Below are positions 1 through 9,063 of a DNA stretch of 63,818 nt, piece by piece (the stretch's first letter is position 1; each line of letters opens with the position of its first letter). The stretch covers positions 1 through 63,818 of the forward strand of contig CAZOLO010000004.1 of the NCBI GenBank assembly GCA_964581035.1, read 5' to 3'. The notes under the pieces are model-generated. The model was not told where the DNA came from. It saw only the letters and a list, made by a program, of their open reading frames with translations, and ran no database searches. The DNA is from an uncultured Candidatus Saccharibacteria bacterium (GTDB taxonomy: Bacteria; Patescibacteriota; Minisyncoccia; Phycocordibacterales; CSBR16-119). A program made the position numbers and the translations under genes.

Positions 1-1235
1 TTATCGTTGTTGAGCACGATGAAGATACGATATATGCAGCTGATTATTTAATAGAGATTGGTCCAGGGGCAGGGGTGCATGGGGGAGAGATTGTGGTTGC
101 TGGCGATATGGATGATCTTTTAACGGCAAAGACAAACCCTACTGGATCAAGAACTCTGGCATATCTTCGAGAAGAAGAGCATATCTATTTACCAGAAACT
201 AGACGAACTAAAGATAAAGGATTTATTTCTATTCGAGGTGGAAAGATACACAATATTGATAAGTTAAGTATAGATATTCCTCTAGGAAAGTTAGTTTGCA
301 TTACAGGTGTTTCAGGTTCTGGTAAATCTAGTTTCATGTACGAAATTCTTCACAAGAATCTGCAGGCAAAATTCGAAAGAAAATACAGAACAGACAAGCC
401 TCAGAACTGTACAAAGTTTGATGGAGCACAACATCTATCTAGGGCCATTTTAATAAATCAGTCTCCAATTGGGCGAACACCAAGATCAAACATTGCGACA
501 TATACAGGGGCGTTTACATACATACGAGAGCTTCTTGCAGAGACAGAAGAGGCTAGAATTAGAGGCTGGAAAGCTAGCAGGTTCTCATTTAACGTAAAAG
601 GTGGAAGATGTGAAGCTTGCCAAGGAAATGGTCAAATAGCGGTGGAGATGCATTTTCTACCAACAGTATATGTGACTTGTGATGTATGTGATGGAGCTAG
701 ATATGACAAAGAGACTTTGAAGGTAGAGTATAAAGGAAAAAACATACAACAGATCCTACACATGACTGTAGAAGAGGGAACGGTTTTCTTTAAAGATATT
801 CCAGCTATTTATGACAGACTTAAGACTCTGGTAGATGTAGGTCTTTCTTACGTTGAGATTGGTCAGTCAGCAACAACTCTTTCTGGTGGAGAAGCTCAGA
901 GAGTAAAAATTTCTAGCGAGCTATATCGTCCAATGACTCAGAAAACTATTTACTTGCTTGATGAGCCAACAGTAGGTCTACACTATGATGATGTGGCAAA
1001 CCTAATCCAGGTTCTCGATCAACTTGTACTAAAAGGAAACACTGTTGTTGTTATTGAACATAACCTAGACTTAATAAAAATGGCTGACTATATCGTGGAT
1101 CTTGGTCCAGATGGAGGTCTTCATGGAGGATTGCTTGTTGCCAAAGGGACACCAGAGGAGGTTGCAAATAATTCAAATTCTCATACTGGATTCTATTTGA
1201 AGAAGATGTTGAAGAAAAGTAAGAAGAAAAATTAA
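1..1235 (+). CDS. uvrA: UvrA excinuclease ABC subunit A, C-terminal part (5' end outside window; frame open from base 3)
   Basis: The frame is open from the window edge (IVVEHDEDTIYAADYLIEIGPGAG). Second ABC module: Walker A GVSGSGKSS, Cys4 zinc module CEACQGNG...CDVCDGARY, signature LSGGEAQRV, Walker B IYLLDEPTVGLH. Confidence 0.95.
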   Translation, partial: IVVEHDEDTIYAADYLIEIGPGAGVHGGEIVVAGDMDDLLTAKTNPTGSRTLAYLREEEHIYLPETRRTKDKGFISIRGGKIHNIDKLSIDIPLGKLVCITGVSGSGKSSFMYEILHKNLQAKFERKYRTDKPQNCTKFDGAQHLSRAILINQSPIGRTPRSNIATYTGAFTYIRELLAETEEARIRGWKASRFSFNVKGGRCEACQGNGQIAVEMHFLPTVYVTCDVCDGARYDKETLKVEYKGKNIQQILHMTVEEGTVFFKDIPAIYDRLKTLVDVGLSYVEIGQSATTLSGGEAQRVKISSELYRPMTQKTIYLLDEPTVGLHYDDVANLIQVLDQLVLKGNTVVVIEHNLDLIKMADYIVDLGPDGGLHGGLLVAKGTPEEVANNSNSHTGFYLKKMLKKSKKKN

Positions 1236-1264
1236 AAGGGTAGGCTATACTAGCTTACCCTTTT
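1236..1264. terminator. Hairpin directly after the uvrA stop (about 12-bp stem AAGGGTAGGCTA/TAGCTTACCCTT) ending in TTTT
   Basis: Inverted repeat read from the sequence. It lies between uvrA and the minus-strand ORF 1250-1567. Confidence 0.5.
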
Positions 1265-1567
1265 GTGCTTACCTTCAAAGCAGAACACTGTTAATTCCTT
1301 TAAAAAAATAAAGGATATTATTAAAAGAAACCCAAATCCTATAATTTTTATATTCTCAATTATTAAGACAATTAATGAAGTCTCGATAATGGTGAAAAAA
1401 ATTGAAGCAATTGAAGCTGAAAGAACAGGGTTGCCATATATTCTAGACTCCCATTTTGACAGACTTCTGTCTGAAAATTCCTTTGAAACGCCAACTATCA
1501 TTTTCAATAAAGTGTAAGAGATTATCATATAAATGATCCCACCTAAGACATACATGTATGTTTCCAT
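1250..1567 (-). CDS. Possible small membrane protein (105 aa, three hydrophobic segments)
   Basis: This is the longest ORF filling the 385-nt uvrA-uvrC gap and it has hydrophobic stretches. AT-rich DNA produces such ORFs easily, and it competes with plus-strand ORF 1263-1517. Confidence 0.3.
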   Translation of the reverse strand: METYMYVLGGIIYMIISYTLLKMIVGVSKEFSDRSLSKWESRIYGNPVLSASIASIFFTIIETSLIVLIIENIKIIGFGFLLIISFIFLKELTVFCFEGKHKRVS

Positions 1568-1619
1568 GGCTCTTCTTTTTTGTTTATTTTATACTATAAT
1601 GTATACTACTATTTGTCAA

Positions 1620-2861
1620 ATGAAAATAAAAGACTTACAAAAATTAGATATTCCAAAGAATCCAGGAGTTTATTTCTTTATGGACGGTTCAGACATCTTG
1701 TATGTTGGTAAAGCCACAGATCTTCGTAGTCGAGTGCGAAGTTATTTTGGTGCTGACCTTATTGAAGCTCGCGGACCCCATATAGTAGATATGGTGGTAA
1801 AGGCAAAAACTATTAAATGGCAGGAGACAGATTCCGTTCTAGAAGCGCTAATTCTAGAAGCAAATGAGATTAAGAAAAATCAGCCATATTACAACACAAA
1901 AGAAAAAGATAATAAAAGTTACAACTATGTTGTAGTCACAAAAGAGGACTTTCCAAAAGTTCTGTTGATTCGAGGAAGAGAGTTAGAGAAACATAGAGCT
2001 GGTGCAAAAGTTGCAGTTTTAAATGGGGTAAAAATTGATTCCATGTTTGGACCTTTCCCAAGTGGGGGGTCCCTGAGAGTCGCTCTACAGATTATTAGAA
2101 AGATTTTTCCATTTCGAGACAAAAGGTCGGTCCAAAAAGATAAAGCTGAATTTTATAAACAGATAGGCTTAACTCCAGATCTTTCAGATTCTGTAATAAA
2201 GAAAGGGTACAAGGAGAACATCGAGCATATAAAAAAGTTTTTTAAAGGAAATAAAAAAACCCTTGTAAAAGATTTGGAGAAAAGGATGATGGAGCATGCA
2301 AAAAGAGAAGAGTTTGAAAGAGCGAATGATATAAAAAAGAAGATTTTTGCACTAAAGCATATCAATGATGCCTCTTTGATAAAAGAAGATTTTTTGGCAA
2401 AGAAACCCAAAACATCAAAAATAAACAGAATTGAAGCCTATGACGTGGCCCACCTTTCTGGTAAAAATATGGTTGGGGTGATGGTCGTTGTAGAGGACAG
2501 CTCCCCAGAAAAAAATGAGTATAAAAAATTTAATATAAATGGTTTTGATAAGGCAAATGACACCGGTGCTTTAAAACAAATATTGGAGAGGCGATTTGCT
2601 CATCCTGAGTGGACTTATCCAGACTTGATTGTAATTGATGGTGGTAAAGCCCAGAAGAATGTAGTCCATAAATTTTTCAAAAAATATGGCTTATCTATAG
2701 CCGTTGTATCTGTTGTAAAAGATGAGAAGCATAAACCCAAAGCCATAATGGGTTCAAAAGATATAATTAAATCTCATGAAAAAGATATCTTGCTTGCAAA
2801 CCATGAATCACATAGATTTGCTATCAGTTTCTACCGAAAAAAACAAAGAAAGCTAACATAG
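1620..2861 (+). CDS. uvrC: UvrC-like excinuclease subunit C, short form (413 aa, no C-terminal helix-hairpin-helix region)
   Basis: GIY-YIG motif GVYFFMDGSDILYVGKATDLRSRVRSYF. UVR-like helix pair KDLEKRMMEHAKREEFERANDIKKKIFAL. Central UvrC block IEAYDVAHLSGKNMVGVMVV...LIVIDGGKAQ. Start moved to the ATG at 1620 (MKIKDLQKL); the upstream 29 codons look non-coding. Confidence 0.85.
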   Translation: MKIKDLQKLDIPKNPGVYFFMDGSDILYVGKATDLRSRVRSYFGADLIEARGPHIVDMVVKAKTIKWQETDSVLEALILEANEIKKNQPYYNTKEKDNKSYNYVVVTKEDFPKVLLIRGRELEKHRAGAKVAVLNGVKIDSMFGPFPSGGSLRVALQIIRKIFPFRDKRSVQKDKAEFYKQIGLTPDLSDSVIKKGYKENIEHIKKFFKGNKKTLVKDLEKRMMEHAKREEFERANDIKKKIFALKHINDASLIKEDFLAKKPKTSKINRIEAYDVAHLSGKNMVGVMVVVEDSSPEKNEYKKFNINGFDKANDTGALKQILERRFAHPEWTYPDLIVIDGGKAQKNVVHKFFKKYGLSIAVVSVVKDEKHKPKAIMGSKDIIKSHEKDILLANHESHRFAISFYRKKQRKLT

Positions 2862-2871
2862 GATAAACCTC

Positions 2872-2899
2872 TTGCAAAAACCTAAAAACTGGGTAAAAT
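2872..2899 (+). promoter_or_regulatory. Candidate sigma70-type promoter (TTGCAA, 16-nt spacer, TAAAAT) upstream of tRNA-Ala
   Basis: Hexamers read from the sequence; no experimental support. Confidence 0.3.
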
Positions 2900-3019
2900 A
2901 GTGTGGGTCAGTTCTTTGGAATTTTTAAACGATGTATTCTTAATTTTTTCGCACTTTGTGAATCAATATAAGTTACATCATGCTTGCTCGCTAGAATCTT
3001 CGGAATCCTGCGAGCATAC

Positions 3020-3093
3020 GGGCCCGTAGCTCATCTGGCTAGAGCGCTCCCCTTGCACGGGAGAGGTGGCAGGTTCGAGTCCTGTCGGGTCCA
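3020..3093 (+). tRNA. tRNA-Ala (anticodon UGC)
   Basis: Cloverleaf folded by hand. Acceptor GGGCCCG/CGGGTCC includes the G3:U70 alanine identity pair. Anticodon arm CTCCC-CTTGCAC-GGGAG, T-loop GGTTCGAGTCC, discriminator A, no encoded CCA. Confidence 0.95.
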
Positions 3094-3104
3094 CTTTCAA
3101 CATT

Positions 3105-3130
3105 AACCCTTTGTTCGCAAAGGGTTTTTG
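3105..3130 (+). terminator. Rho-independent terminator after tRNA-Ala (AACCCTTTG-TTCG-CAAAGGGTT then TTTT)
   Basis: Perfect 9-bp stem plus T-run. Confidence 0.65.
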
Positions 3131-3143
3131 TTGTGGGGGCAAA

Positions 3144-3173
3144 TAAAAAACCGAACCCTAAATTAGGATTCGG
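3144..3173 (-). terminator. Terminator of the minus-strand gene 3184-3753
   Basis: The minus strand reads CCGAATCCTAATTTAGGGTTCGG followed by TTTTTTT, about 10 nt after the stop. Confidence 0.6.
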
Positions 3174-3183
3174 TTCGTTAGAC

Positions 3184-3753
3184 TTAAGAATGACTTGAGA
3201 AGTGTGAAAGAAGAGTGGTGAATTCTACAAGTCCAGAATCTTTCTGAATTTTTTCATTTCTTCCATAGTAGATGTCGAGAGCTTTTTTAGTGAAAAGCCT
3301 CCGAGCTTCATCATCTTCAATACTTAGAATAGCCGTCATAAACATTGAGGCTTCATCCCATAACTCAGGCAAGCCAGAGAATGAGATAATTTTGAATTTC
3401 TTGTCACCTCCAACCTTTATTGCGCCACCGTATTTTTTGTTTGCAGGATCTCGGCTTTCAAAGGAGGTAAGATCTGTTTTCTCGGATAGTCTTCTTGCTT
3501 TTTCTTGTGAAAAAACAAGACACGCATCAGCTCGCTCCATGTTTGCAAAATCGCCCGTGGGTTCAATGGATTCAATAGATATAACTCTGCCTGATGCATA
3601 AGCAATAGTTAGATATCCTGCAGTAGCAAGCTTCCTTTTATCCTTAGGGATACTATAATCATTTTTTATAATTTCGCATGCTACATTAATAACCTTTTTT
3701 GCATTTCTGCTAAGGCTACCGTTCTTTGTTTCTATGAGTATTTCCTCTGACAT
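3184..3753 (-). CDS. Hypothetical protein (189 aa)
   Basis: Clean ORF with its own terminator. The segment YGGAIKVGGDKKFKIISFSGLPELWDEA faintly resembles GlcG/DUF336-type motifs, but I cannot assign a family. Confidence 0.65.
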   Translation of the reverse strand: MSEEILIETKNGSLSRNAKKVINVACEIIKNDYSIPKDKRKLATAGYLTIAYASGRVISIESIEPTGDFANMERADACLVFSQEKARRLSEKTDLTSFESRDPANKKYGGAIKVGGDKKFKIISFSGLPELWDEASMFMTAILSIEDDEARRLFTKKALDIYYGRNEKIQKDSGLVEFTTLLSHFSSHS

Positions 3754-3900
3754 CCTTAATTGTTTTAGTTCATTTGTGTGTGATATTACTATAAAAAGTT
3801 TGTTTGTAAAGCTTTGGTCTTGTTGGATAATATCCCAATCAATTTCACCACATCTCTCCTAAATTGATTCCAGTATAGGATATTCGGGTCCACAAAGACA

Positions 3901-3929
3901 AAAACCCTTTAGAAGTAAAGGGTTTTTGT
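3901..3929. terminator. Orphan hairpin (AAACCCTTT-loop-AAAGGGTTT) with A/T runs on both sides
   Basis: Inverted repeat in the divergent intergenic region 3754-3983. No obvious upstream gene on either strand. Confidence 0.35.
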
Positions 3930-3983
3930 TATGTTTACATATTTAATTATTGTGTTAATGTCAGATAAATAAATGAAATTGAA

Positions 3984-4616
3984 ATGGATTTTGAAAAATT
4001 TTACAGAAGTCATTTTTGGTTTGTTGATTTTCAAGCTAGGATACTCACAAACAATACAATGGATGAAGAAGCTCTCGTGAATTCTGTTACAGACAAAGTA
4101 TTAAGCAGTTTTGCAAAAGGTACTTACTCTGATAAAAATAGCCCTCTAGGTTGGCTTAAGACTGTCATTGTTAATGCCTGGAAGGACATCCTTAGAAAGA
4201 AGGTAAAAGGCAGGGAAGGTAAAAATAGTGTTCGCACTTTATACTATGATGAGTTTGAAGATTTTGATAATGATCACAATCTATATTTAAGTTCAGAAGA
4301 TAAAGAGTTTGATTTTAGCGATGATTACCTATCTGTTGTTGAGGCTATTAATTCTCTTGGAGAAAAACAGAAAGAAGTTCTTCTTGAAAGAATAAATCAT
4401 GGATTGAACTTCAGAGAGATAGCAGACATCCAAGGGGTTAGCCTAAATACAACTATTGGAAGAATGAGATACGCAAGAAAAAAACTCTTGATATGTCTTT
4501 CAGATAAGCTTCCGGAAGGTAAGCTCTATAGTATTGTGAATAGCAATCCAAAAATGAGGGCCTTTGTAGAAAAAAACCCAGAAATAATCGATCATATAAA
4601 GAGAACCAAAACGTAG
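3984..4616 (+). CDS. Sigma-70 family (ECF-like) RNA polymerase sigma factor
   Basis: Region-2-like WLKTVIVNAWKDILRKK. Region-4 HTH EKQKEVLLERINHGLNFREIADIQGVSLNTTIGRMRYARKKL. Confidence 0.8.
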   Translation: MDFEKFYRSHFWFVDFQARILTNNTMDEEALVNSVTDKVLSSFAKGTYSDKNSPLGWLKTVIVNAWKDILRKKVKGREGKNSVRTLYYDEFEDFDNDHNLYLSSEDKEFDFSDDYLSVVEAINSLGEKQKEVLLERINHGLNFREIADIQGVSLNTTIGRMRYARKKLLICLSDKLPEGKLYSIVNSNPKMRAFVEKNPEIIDHIKRTKT

Positions 4617-4633
4617 TTTCGTTTTGGTTTTTT
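4604..4633 (+). terminator. Terminator overlapping the sigma-factor stop codon (AACCAAAACG-loop-CGTTTTGGTT then TTTT)
   Basis: 10-bp stem; the loop contains the TAG stop; T-run follows. Confidence 0.6.
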
Positions 4634-4680
4634 AATTACCTTTTAAAAATGACAGTAATTAATTTGAGGCAAATAAAAAT

Positions 4681-4741
4681 CCCCCCATTCACCTGGGGGG
4701 CACATTGCCTAAGGTAGCATCCATCGGCACAAGCCCGTAGG
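4681..4741 (+). ncRNA. Candidate structured RNA element: two adjacent GC-rich hairpins in the 311-nt leader of the glycan operon
   Basis: CCCCCC-ATTCACCT-GGGGGG (4681-4700) and GCCTAAGG...CCCGTAGGC (4707-4741) form a GC-rich island in AT-rich non-coding DNA. No T-run follows, so this is not a simple terminator. Confidence 0.25.
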
Positions 4742-4927
4742 CTATATCAGTGATTTATAAATCGTATCTGGTAAAAAAACAGTTTGCTTTTATAAATGCG
4801 CTACACAAAATCCTTATTTAATTGTCGGCTATCTTGTCTAATTTCAGTATATCAGATATTGGTTTAATGTAAAATTTATGGTTAATTTGCTTGAGTTTAT
4901 ACTTTGGAAGTACTATAGTGTCTGTAT

Positions 4928-5869
4928 ATGGAAGCCCCAAAAAAACTATCTATTGTCGTTCCTGTCTTTAATGAAGAGGGTAATGTGGCAAATTTGCATA
5001 AGGAAATTGTAAGTATCTGCAGTATTACTGGTAGAGAATATGAGATTATTTTTATAAATGACGGATCTACTGACAAAACATTAGATGAGTTAAAGAAACT
5101 AAAACCTATTAAAGTTATAAACTTTCGGAAGAACTTTGGTCAAACATCAGCCTTAGATGCAGGGTTTAAAGCCTCAAAAGGAGAATATATTGTAGCTCTA
5201 GATGGTGATGGACAAGATGACCCATCTGAGATGTTGAAACTTATAGAAAAGTTAGAGGAAGATGATTTAGATGTGGTGTCTGCATGGAGGAAAAATAGAG
5301 AGGATAGTTTTAGTAAAAAAGTATCTTCTAAGATGGCTGCTAGACTTAGGAAACATCTTATAAACGATGGAATTCATGATTCAGGGACTTCATTTAAGGT
5401 TTATAAAAAAGAGTGTTTTGAACACATAGATCTTTATGGGGAGATGCATAGATTTATACCCGCAATACTTAAAATAAAAGGATTTAAAATTGGAGAAGTC
5501 GTTGTTAATCACAGAAGAAGAACTTCAGGGCAGACAAAGTATGACTGGTATAGAGGTGTAAAAGGTATATTAGATATGATCTCTGTTTGGTTCTGGATGA
5601 AATTTGCCAATAGGCCACTACACTTGTTTGGAGCAGCCGGGGTATTTATTATGTTCCTAGGAGGGGTTTCGTTTCTATTCGTGCTAGGTCAAAGTATATT
5701 TTTTGGTAAAGATTTGTCTGATACAGCTCTAACAACAATATCCATGTTTTCTATTCTAGGAGGAGCTCAACTGTTTGTTTTCGGATTATTAGCAGATATT
5801 CTTTCTAAGAGCTATTTTTCATCCACCAAAGACACTCCATATGTTGTGAAAGAGGTTATAGATAATTAG
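4928..5869 (+). CDS. GT2 polyprenyl-phosphate glycosyltransferase (GtrB/DPM1/ArnC-like) with two C-terminal TM helices
   Basis: LSIVVPVFNEEGNV, DGSTD and DGDGQDDP motifs. C-terminal hydrophobic helices LHLFGAAGVFIMFLGGVSFLFVLG and ISMFSILGGAQLFVFGLLADIL. Confidence 0.85.
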   Translation: MEAPKKLSIVVPVFNEEGNVANLHKEIVSICSITGREYEIIFINDGSTDKTLDELKKLKPIKVINFRKNFGQTSALDAGFKASKGEYIVALDGDGQDDPSEMLKLIEKLEEDDLDVVSAWRKNREDSFSKKVSSKMAARLRKHLINDGIHDSGTSFKVYKKECFEHIDLYGEMHRFIPAILKIKGFKIGEVVVNHRRRTSGQTKYDWYRGVKGILDMISVWFWMKFANRPLHLFGAAGVFIMFLGGVSFLFVLGQSIFFGKDLSDTALTTISMFSILGGAQLFVFGLLADILSKSYFSSTKDTPYVVKEVIDN

Positions 5870-5933
5870 AAAACATGTTTTTTGTATTATTCAATATCTG
5901 TCAGAATTACAACAAAAGAGTTACACTAGTATT

Positions 5934-6899
5934 ATGAAAGAAAGAATTATTGTTACTGGCGCTGCCGGGTTTATTGGCTCTCATGTGGTAAAGAAACTCC
6001 TGGGTGAAGGGTATTTTGTAATTGGGCTGGATAATATGAATGATTATTATAATCCATTGCAAAAAGAGCAAAACATTAAGCAATTTGATTTATTTGATAA
6101 TTTTTCTTTTTATAAAACAGATATAGAAAATTTTGATGAACTAGAATCAATCTTTGAAAAAGAGGAGCCATCTCTTGTGTGTCATCTGGCGGCTAGAGCA
6201 GGGGTGAGATCTTCAATATTGAGTCCGCAAATTTATGAGTCTACAAATGTTCAAGGGACTATAAATCTTCTAGAATTATCTCGGATTAATGATATTAAGA
6301 ATTTTGTCTATGCTTCTTCTTCTTCTGTATACGGAGATTCAAAAGAATATCCTTTTATCGAAAGTTTGAGTCCGTTACAGCCAAAGTCACCCTATGCTGT
6401 TACAAAGCTTGCTTGTGAGTCTTATGCGCAAACGTATAGCAGGCTGCACGGACTTAATACAACCGGGTTAAGATTCTTTACTGTGTATGGCCCAGCAGCC
6501 AGACCAGATATGGCAACGTTTCTTTTTGTAGATTCGGTCCATAAAGGAAAAGATATAATTCAATATGGCCAGGGGGATACTTTTCGTGACTATACTTTCG
6601 TTGGAGATATTGCTGACGGTGTTTTGGAGGCGGTTAAAAAACCACTTGGTTGTGAAATTATAAATCTTGGTAGGGGTTGCCCAGTGAGCCTTTCTGTTTT
6701 AATAAAAACAATAGAAGATATTATGGGTAAAAAGGCATCAATTAAAATTGAGTCAAAGCAAGATTTTGATTCATCGGGTACTCATGCTGACATAACAAAG
6801 GCAAAAAAACTACTGGGCTATAATCCTAAAACTGACCTGAAGGATGGTTTAGTTGAGTTTGTTAATTGGTATAATGAAAATTATGATATTTTATCTTAG
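5934..6899 (+). CDS. NAD-dependent sugar-nucleotide epimerase (UDP-glucuronate 4-epimerase-like SDR)
   Basis: GAAGFIGSH Rossmann motif, YAVTKLACE (YxxxK), and DNMNDYYNPLQK, which is typical of the UDP-GlcA epimerase group. Confidence 0.8.
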   Translation: MKERIIVTGAAGFIGSHVVKKLLGEGYFVIGLDNMNDYYNPLQKEQNIKQFDLFDNFSFYKTDIENFDELESIFEKEEPSLVCHLAARAGVRSSILSPQIYESTNVQGTINLLELSRINDIKNFVYASSSSVYGDSKEYPFIESLSPLQPKSPYAVTKLACESYAQTYSRLHGLNTTGLRFFTVYGPAARPDMATFLFVDSVHKGKDIIQYGQGDTFRDYTFVGDIADGVLEAVKKPLGCEIINLGRGCPVSLSVLIKTIEDIMGKKASIKIESKQDFDSSGTHADITKAKKLLGYNPKTDLKDGLVEFVNWYNENYDILS

Positions 6900-6905
6900 C
6901 TTATT

Positions 6906-8030
6906 ATGAAAGTCACTCTTATAGTTCCAACAATGTTTGTGTCAGATAGAGGTACATCCATGAGAATTCAGGGTCAAGTTGAGGCTCTGGTAAAAAAAGG
7001 CTTTGGAGTTACAATTCTCACTTATGGTGTAGGTAGGACACCAGATAATTTAAGCAGTCAGCTATTTAAGATAAAAAGAATTCCAAATGTATTCCCGTGG
7101 TTAGAGAGCATACCGTCTGGATTCAGTTTATATAAAGTTGTTGCAGATATGGCTTTATTTTTCAAAGTATTAGTTTTCCTTTTGGGTGATTCGAGTCGTA
7201 CTATACATGCTTATTTGTACGAAGGGGTCCTAATTTCCTGGCTCGCCACTAATTTCCTTTTTTGGAGAGAGTATAAAATAATAGGCGATTTTCATGGTAG
7301 TTTGACTTCAGAAATTAAATTGAAATCAAGATTAGGTGGATATTTGTTGAAAAAAATTGAATCTTTTGTCCATGCTATTCCATACAAGGTATCGGTAAGC
7401 TCTTTTGAATTAGGTGAATATATTTCAAAGGATAGAATCGATAAGTCAGTGTTTGTTTTTGATGTTCCTTTGGTGGAAAATGGTGGTAGATCTGAACCTA
7501 AATTATCTATTCCAGATGATAAGACTATTGTCACTTATACGGGTGGCTTCGGTTCGGAGAAGGGGATAGACGTTTTGTGTAGACTCATGGTTAATCTTTC
7601 TGATTTAGATAATTTACATTGGATTATTGCAGGGTCTCCAATAGAAAATCTAAAGATACCAAAAGAAGTAGATTCTAAAAAGTATACAATTATAAACCCC
7701 CTTTCAAAAGAAATGCTTTTCAGAGTCTTAAAGGTCTCTGATATTGGTATAGATCCAAAAACGAAGGCTCTGCAGGGAAGCGGTAAATTAGTGAACTATT
7801 TATCTTTTGGCCTACCAACGGTTACTTTTTCTTCTAAAACTATTAATTCTTATTTAAGAGAATTGAGTGGGGAATTATCAGCTAGCTCTGTGGAAGATAT
7901 GGAAGACATACTTAGAAGTCTCATTTTGAATACAGAGAGAAGAAAGAGTATTAGTGTTATTGCTCTCAACAGGGTAGAGAATATTTCTATCAAAAAATTA
8001 GGAGATATTATTGCCGCTCTTTATGTCTAG
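6906..8030 (+). CDS. Glycosyltransferase, GT-B fold (GT4/GT1-like)
   Basis: Size and C-terminal half (TYTGGFGSEKGID...GSGKLVNYLSFGLPTV) resemble GT4 enzymes. Operon context supports the call. Confidence 0.7.
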   Translation: MKVTLIVPTMFVSDRGTSMRIQGQVEALVKKGFGVTILTYGVGRTPDNLSSQLFKIKRIPNVFPWLESIPSGFSLYKVVADMALFFKVLVFLLGDSSRTIHAYLYEGVLISWLATNFLFWREYKIIGDFHGSLTSEIKLKSRLGGYLLKKIESFVHAIPYKVSVSSFELGEYISKDRIDKSVFVFDVPLVENGGRSEPKLSIPDDKTIVTYTGGFGSEKGIDVLCRLMVNLSDLDNLHWIIAGSPIENLKIPKEVDSKKYTIINPLSKEMLFRVLKVSDIGIDPKTKALQGSGKLVNYLSFGLPTVTFSSKTINSYLRELSGELSASSVEDMEDILRSLILNTERRKSISVIALNRVENISIKKLGDIIAALYV

Positions 8031-9057
8031 AATTTCAAACAAAATAAATAATGTAGTTTTGATTGTTTCATATAATGGTAGAGACCATCTTGAAAAACTA
8101 TTACCATCACTATTCGATCAAACTATTTCAAAGGATCTATATAGAGTGGTTGTAGTTGATAATGGGTCTAGTGATACAACCGAGGTATTTCTGGGGAAGA
8201 AATATCCTGAAATTATTTTCATACCATTATCTAAAAATAAAGGTTTTGCTGAGGCAAATAATATAGGCATTAAGTATTCCGCGACCAATTTTGAAGGTCT
8301 GGAAAATATTATATTTCTAAACAATGACACCATGGTCTCTTCTAATTTTTTAGAAATACTTACTGATGGAATTAATAGGCACACTGATGCAGCTTCTGTT
8401 CAAACAAAAATAGTAAGCATGGATTCAAAGACGATAGATAGTGTTGGTATATCTCTACATAGAAGTTTTAATGCGGTTAACACTGGCCAGGGAGAGTTGG
8501 ATACTGGACAGCATGATAATTCTGAGAGAGAAATTTTTGGAACAACAGGTAGTGCTATGATCGCTAAGATTGAAGCTTTGAGGAGTTGTGATCTTGGAGA
8601 TAATAATTATTTCGATAGGTTATATTTTGCTTATAATGAAGATGTAGATCTAGCTTTAAGATTCAGATCGTCTGGATACTCTTCTTGGTATGTTCCAGGG
8701 GCTACAGTTCGGCATGTTCATAGTGCCACAGGGGGTAATCAATCAAAATTTAAAGCCTTTCATAGTCACAGAAACACAATATTTAATATTATTAAAAATG
8801 CCCCAGGTTTTTCTGTGTTTACTACACTTGCAGCATTTGTTGGCTCATATTTTTCTCAAATTAAAAATAATAAAGAAATCAAAACCTCCTTATCAAAATT
8901 AAAGGGGAATATAGGTTCACTTGGTATTATAATGCTTGTTTTAAGGGTTTGGATTTCTGTGATAATCTATATACCGGTAATTCTTCTTAAAAGGTATTTT
9001 CTACAGAGAGGTACAAAGATTGGATTCAAGGATATAAAAAGATGGTTGTATATTTAA
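8023..9057 (+). CDS. GT2 glycosyltransferase (rhamnosyltransferase-like) with C-terminal TM helix
   Basis: VLIVSYNGRDHLEKLLPSL, VVVDNGSSDTT, EDVDLALR. The ATG at 8023 overlaps the upstream stop (ATGTCTAG). The track start at 8011 is a TTG. Confidence 0.8.
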   Translation: MSRISNKINNVVLIVSYNGRDHLEKLLPSLFDQTISKDLYRVVVVDNGSSDTTEVFLGKKYPEIIFIPLSKNKGFAEANNIGIKYSATNFEGLENIIFLNNDTMVSSNFLEILTDGINRHTDAASVQTKIVSMDSKTIDSVGISLHRSFNAVNTGQGELDTGQHDNSEREIFGTTGSAMIAKIEALRSCDLGDNNYFDRLYFAYNEDVDLALRFRSSGYSSWYVPGATVRHVHSATGGNQSKFKAFHSHRNTIFNIIKNAPGFSVFTTLAAFVGSYFSQIKNNKEIKTSLSKLKGNIGSLGIIMLVLRVWISVIIYIPVILLKRYFLQRGTKIGFKDIKRWLYI

Positions 9058-9063
9058 TTTGAT

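Noticed and set aside
1263-1517. Plus-strand 84-aa ORF between uvrA and uvrC
   Set aside because: It is fully antisense to the slightly more plausible membrane-protein ORF 1250-1567. It has no start context or motif. Both are weak, and only the longer one is listed, at low confidence.
3886-3895. A 10-nt copy (TCGGGTCCAC) of the tRNA-Ala 3' end ~800 nt downstream, which would bracket the orphan gene 3184-3753 as a mini-island
   Set aside because: A 10-nt match can arise by chance in a 64-kb window, and no further similarity extends beyond it. It is noted only because two other tRNAs show longer self-copies.
4681-4741. SRP RNA, tmRNA fragment or c-di-GMP-I riboswitch identity for the GC-rich double hairpin
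   Set aside because: It lacks the GGAA tetraloop and AGCA loop of SRP domain IV, the tRNA-like ends of tmRNA, and the GNRA tetraloop/receptor arrangement of GEMM-I. Only short chance-level word matches were seen. It is kept as an unclassified candidate.
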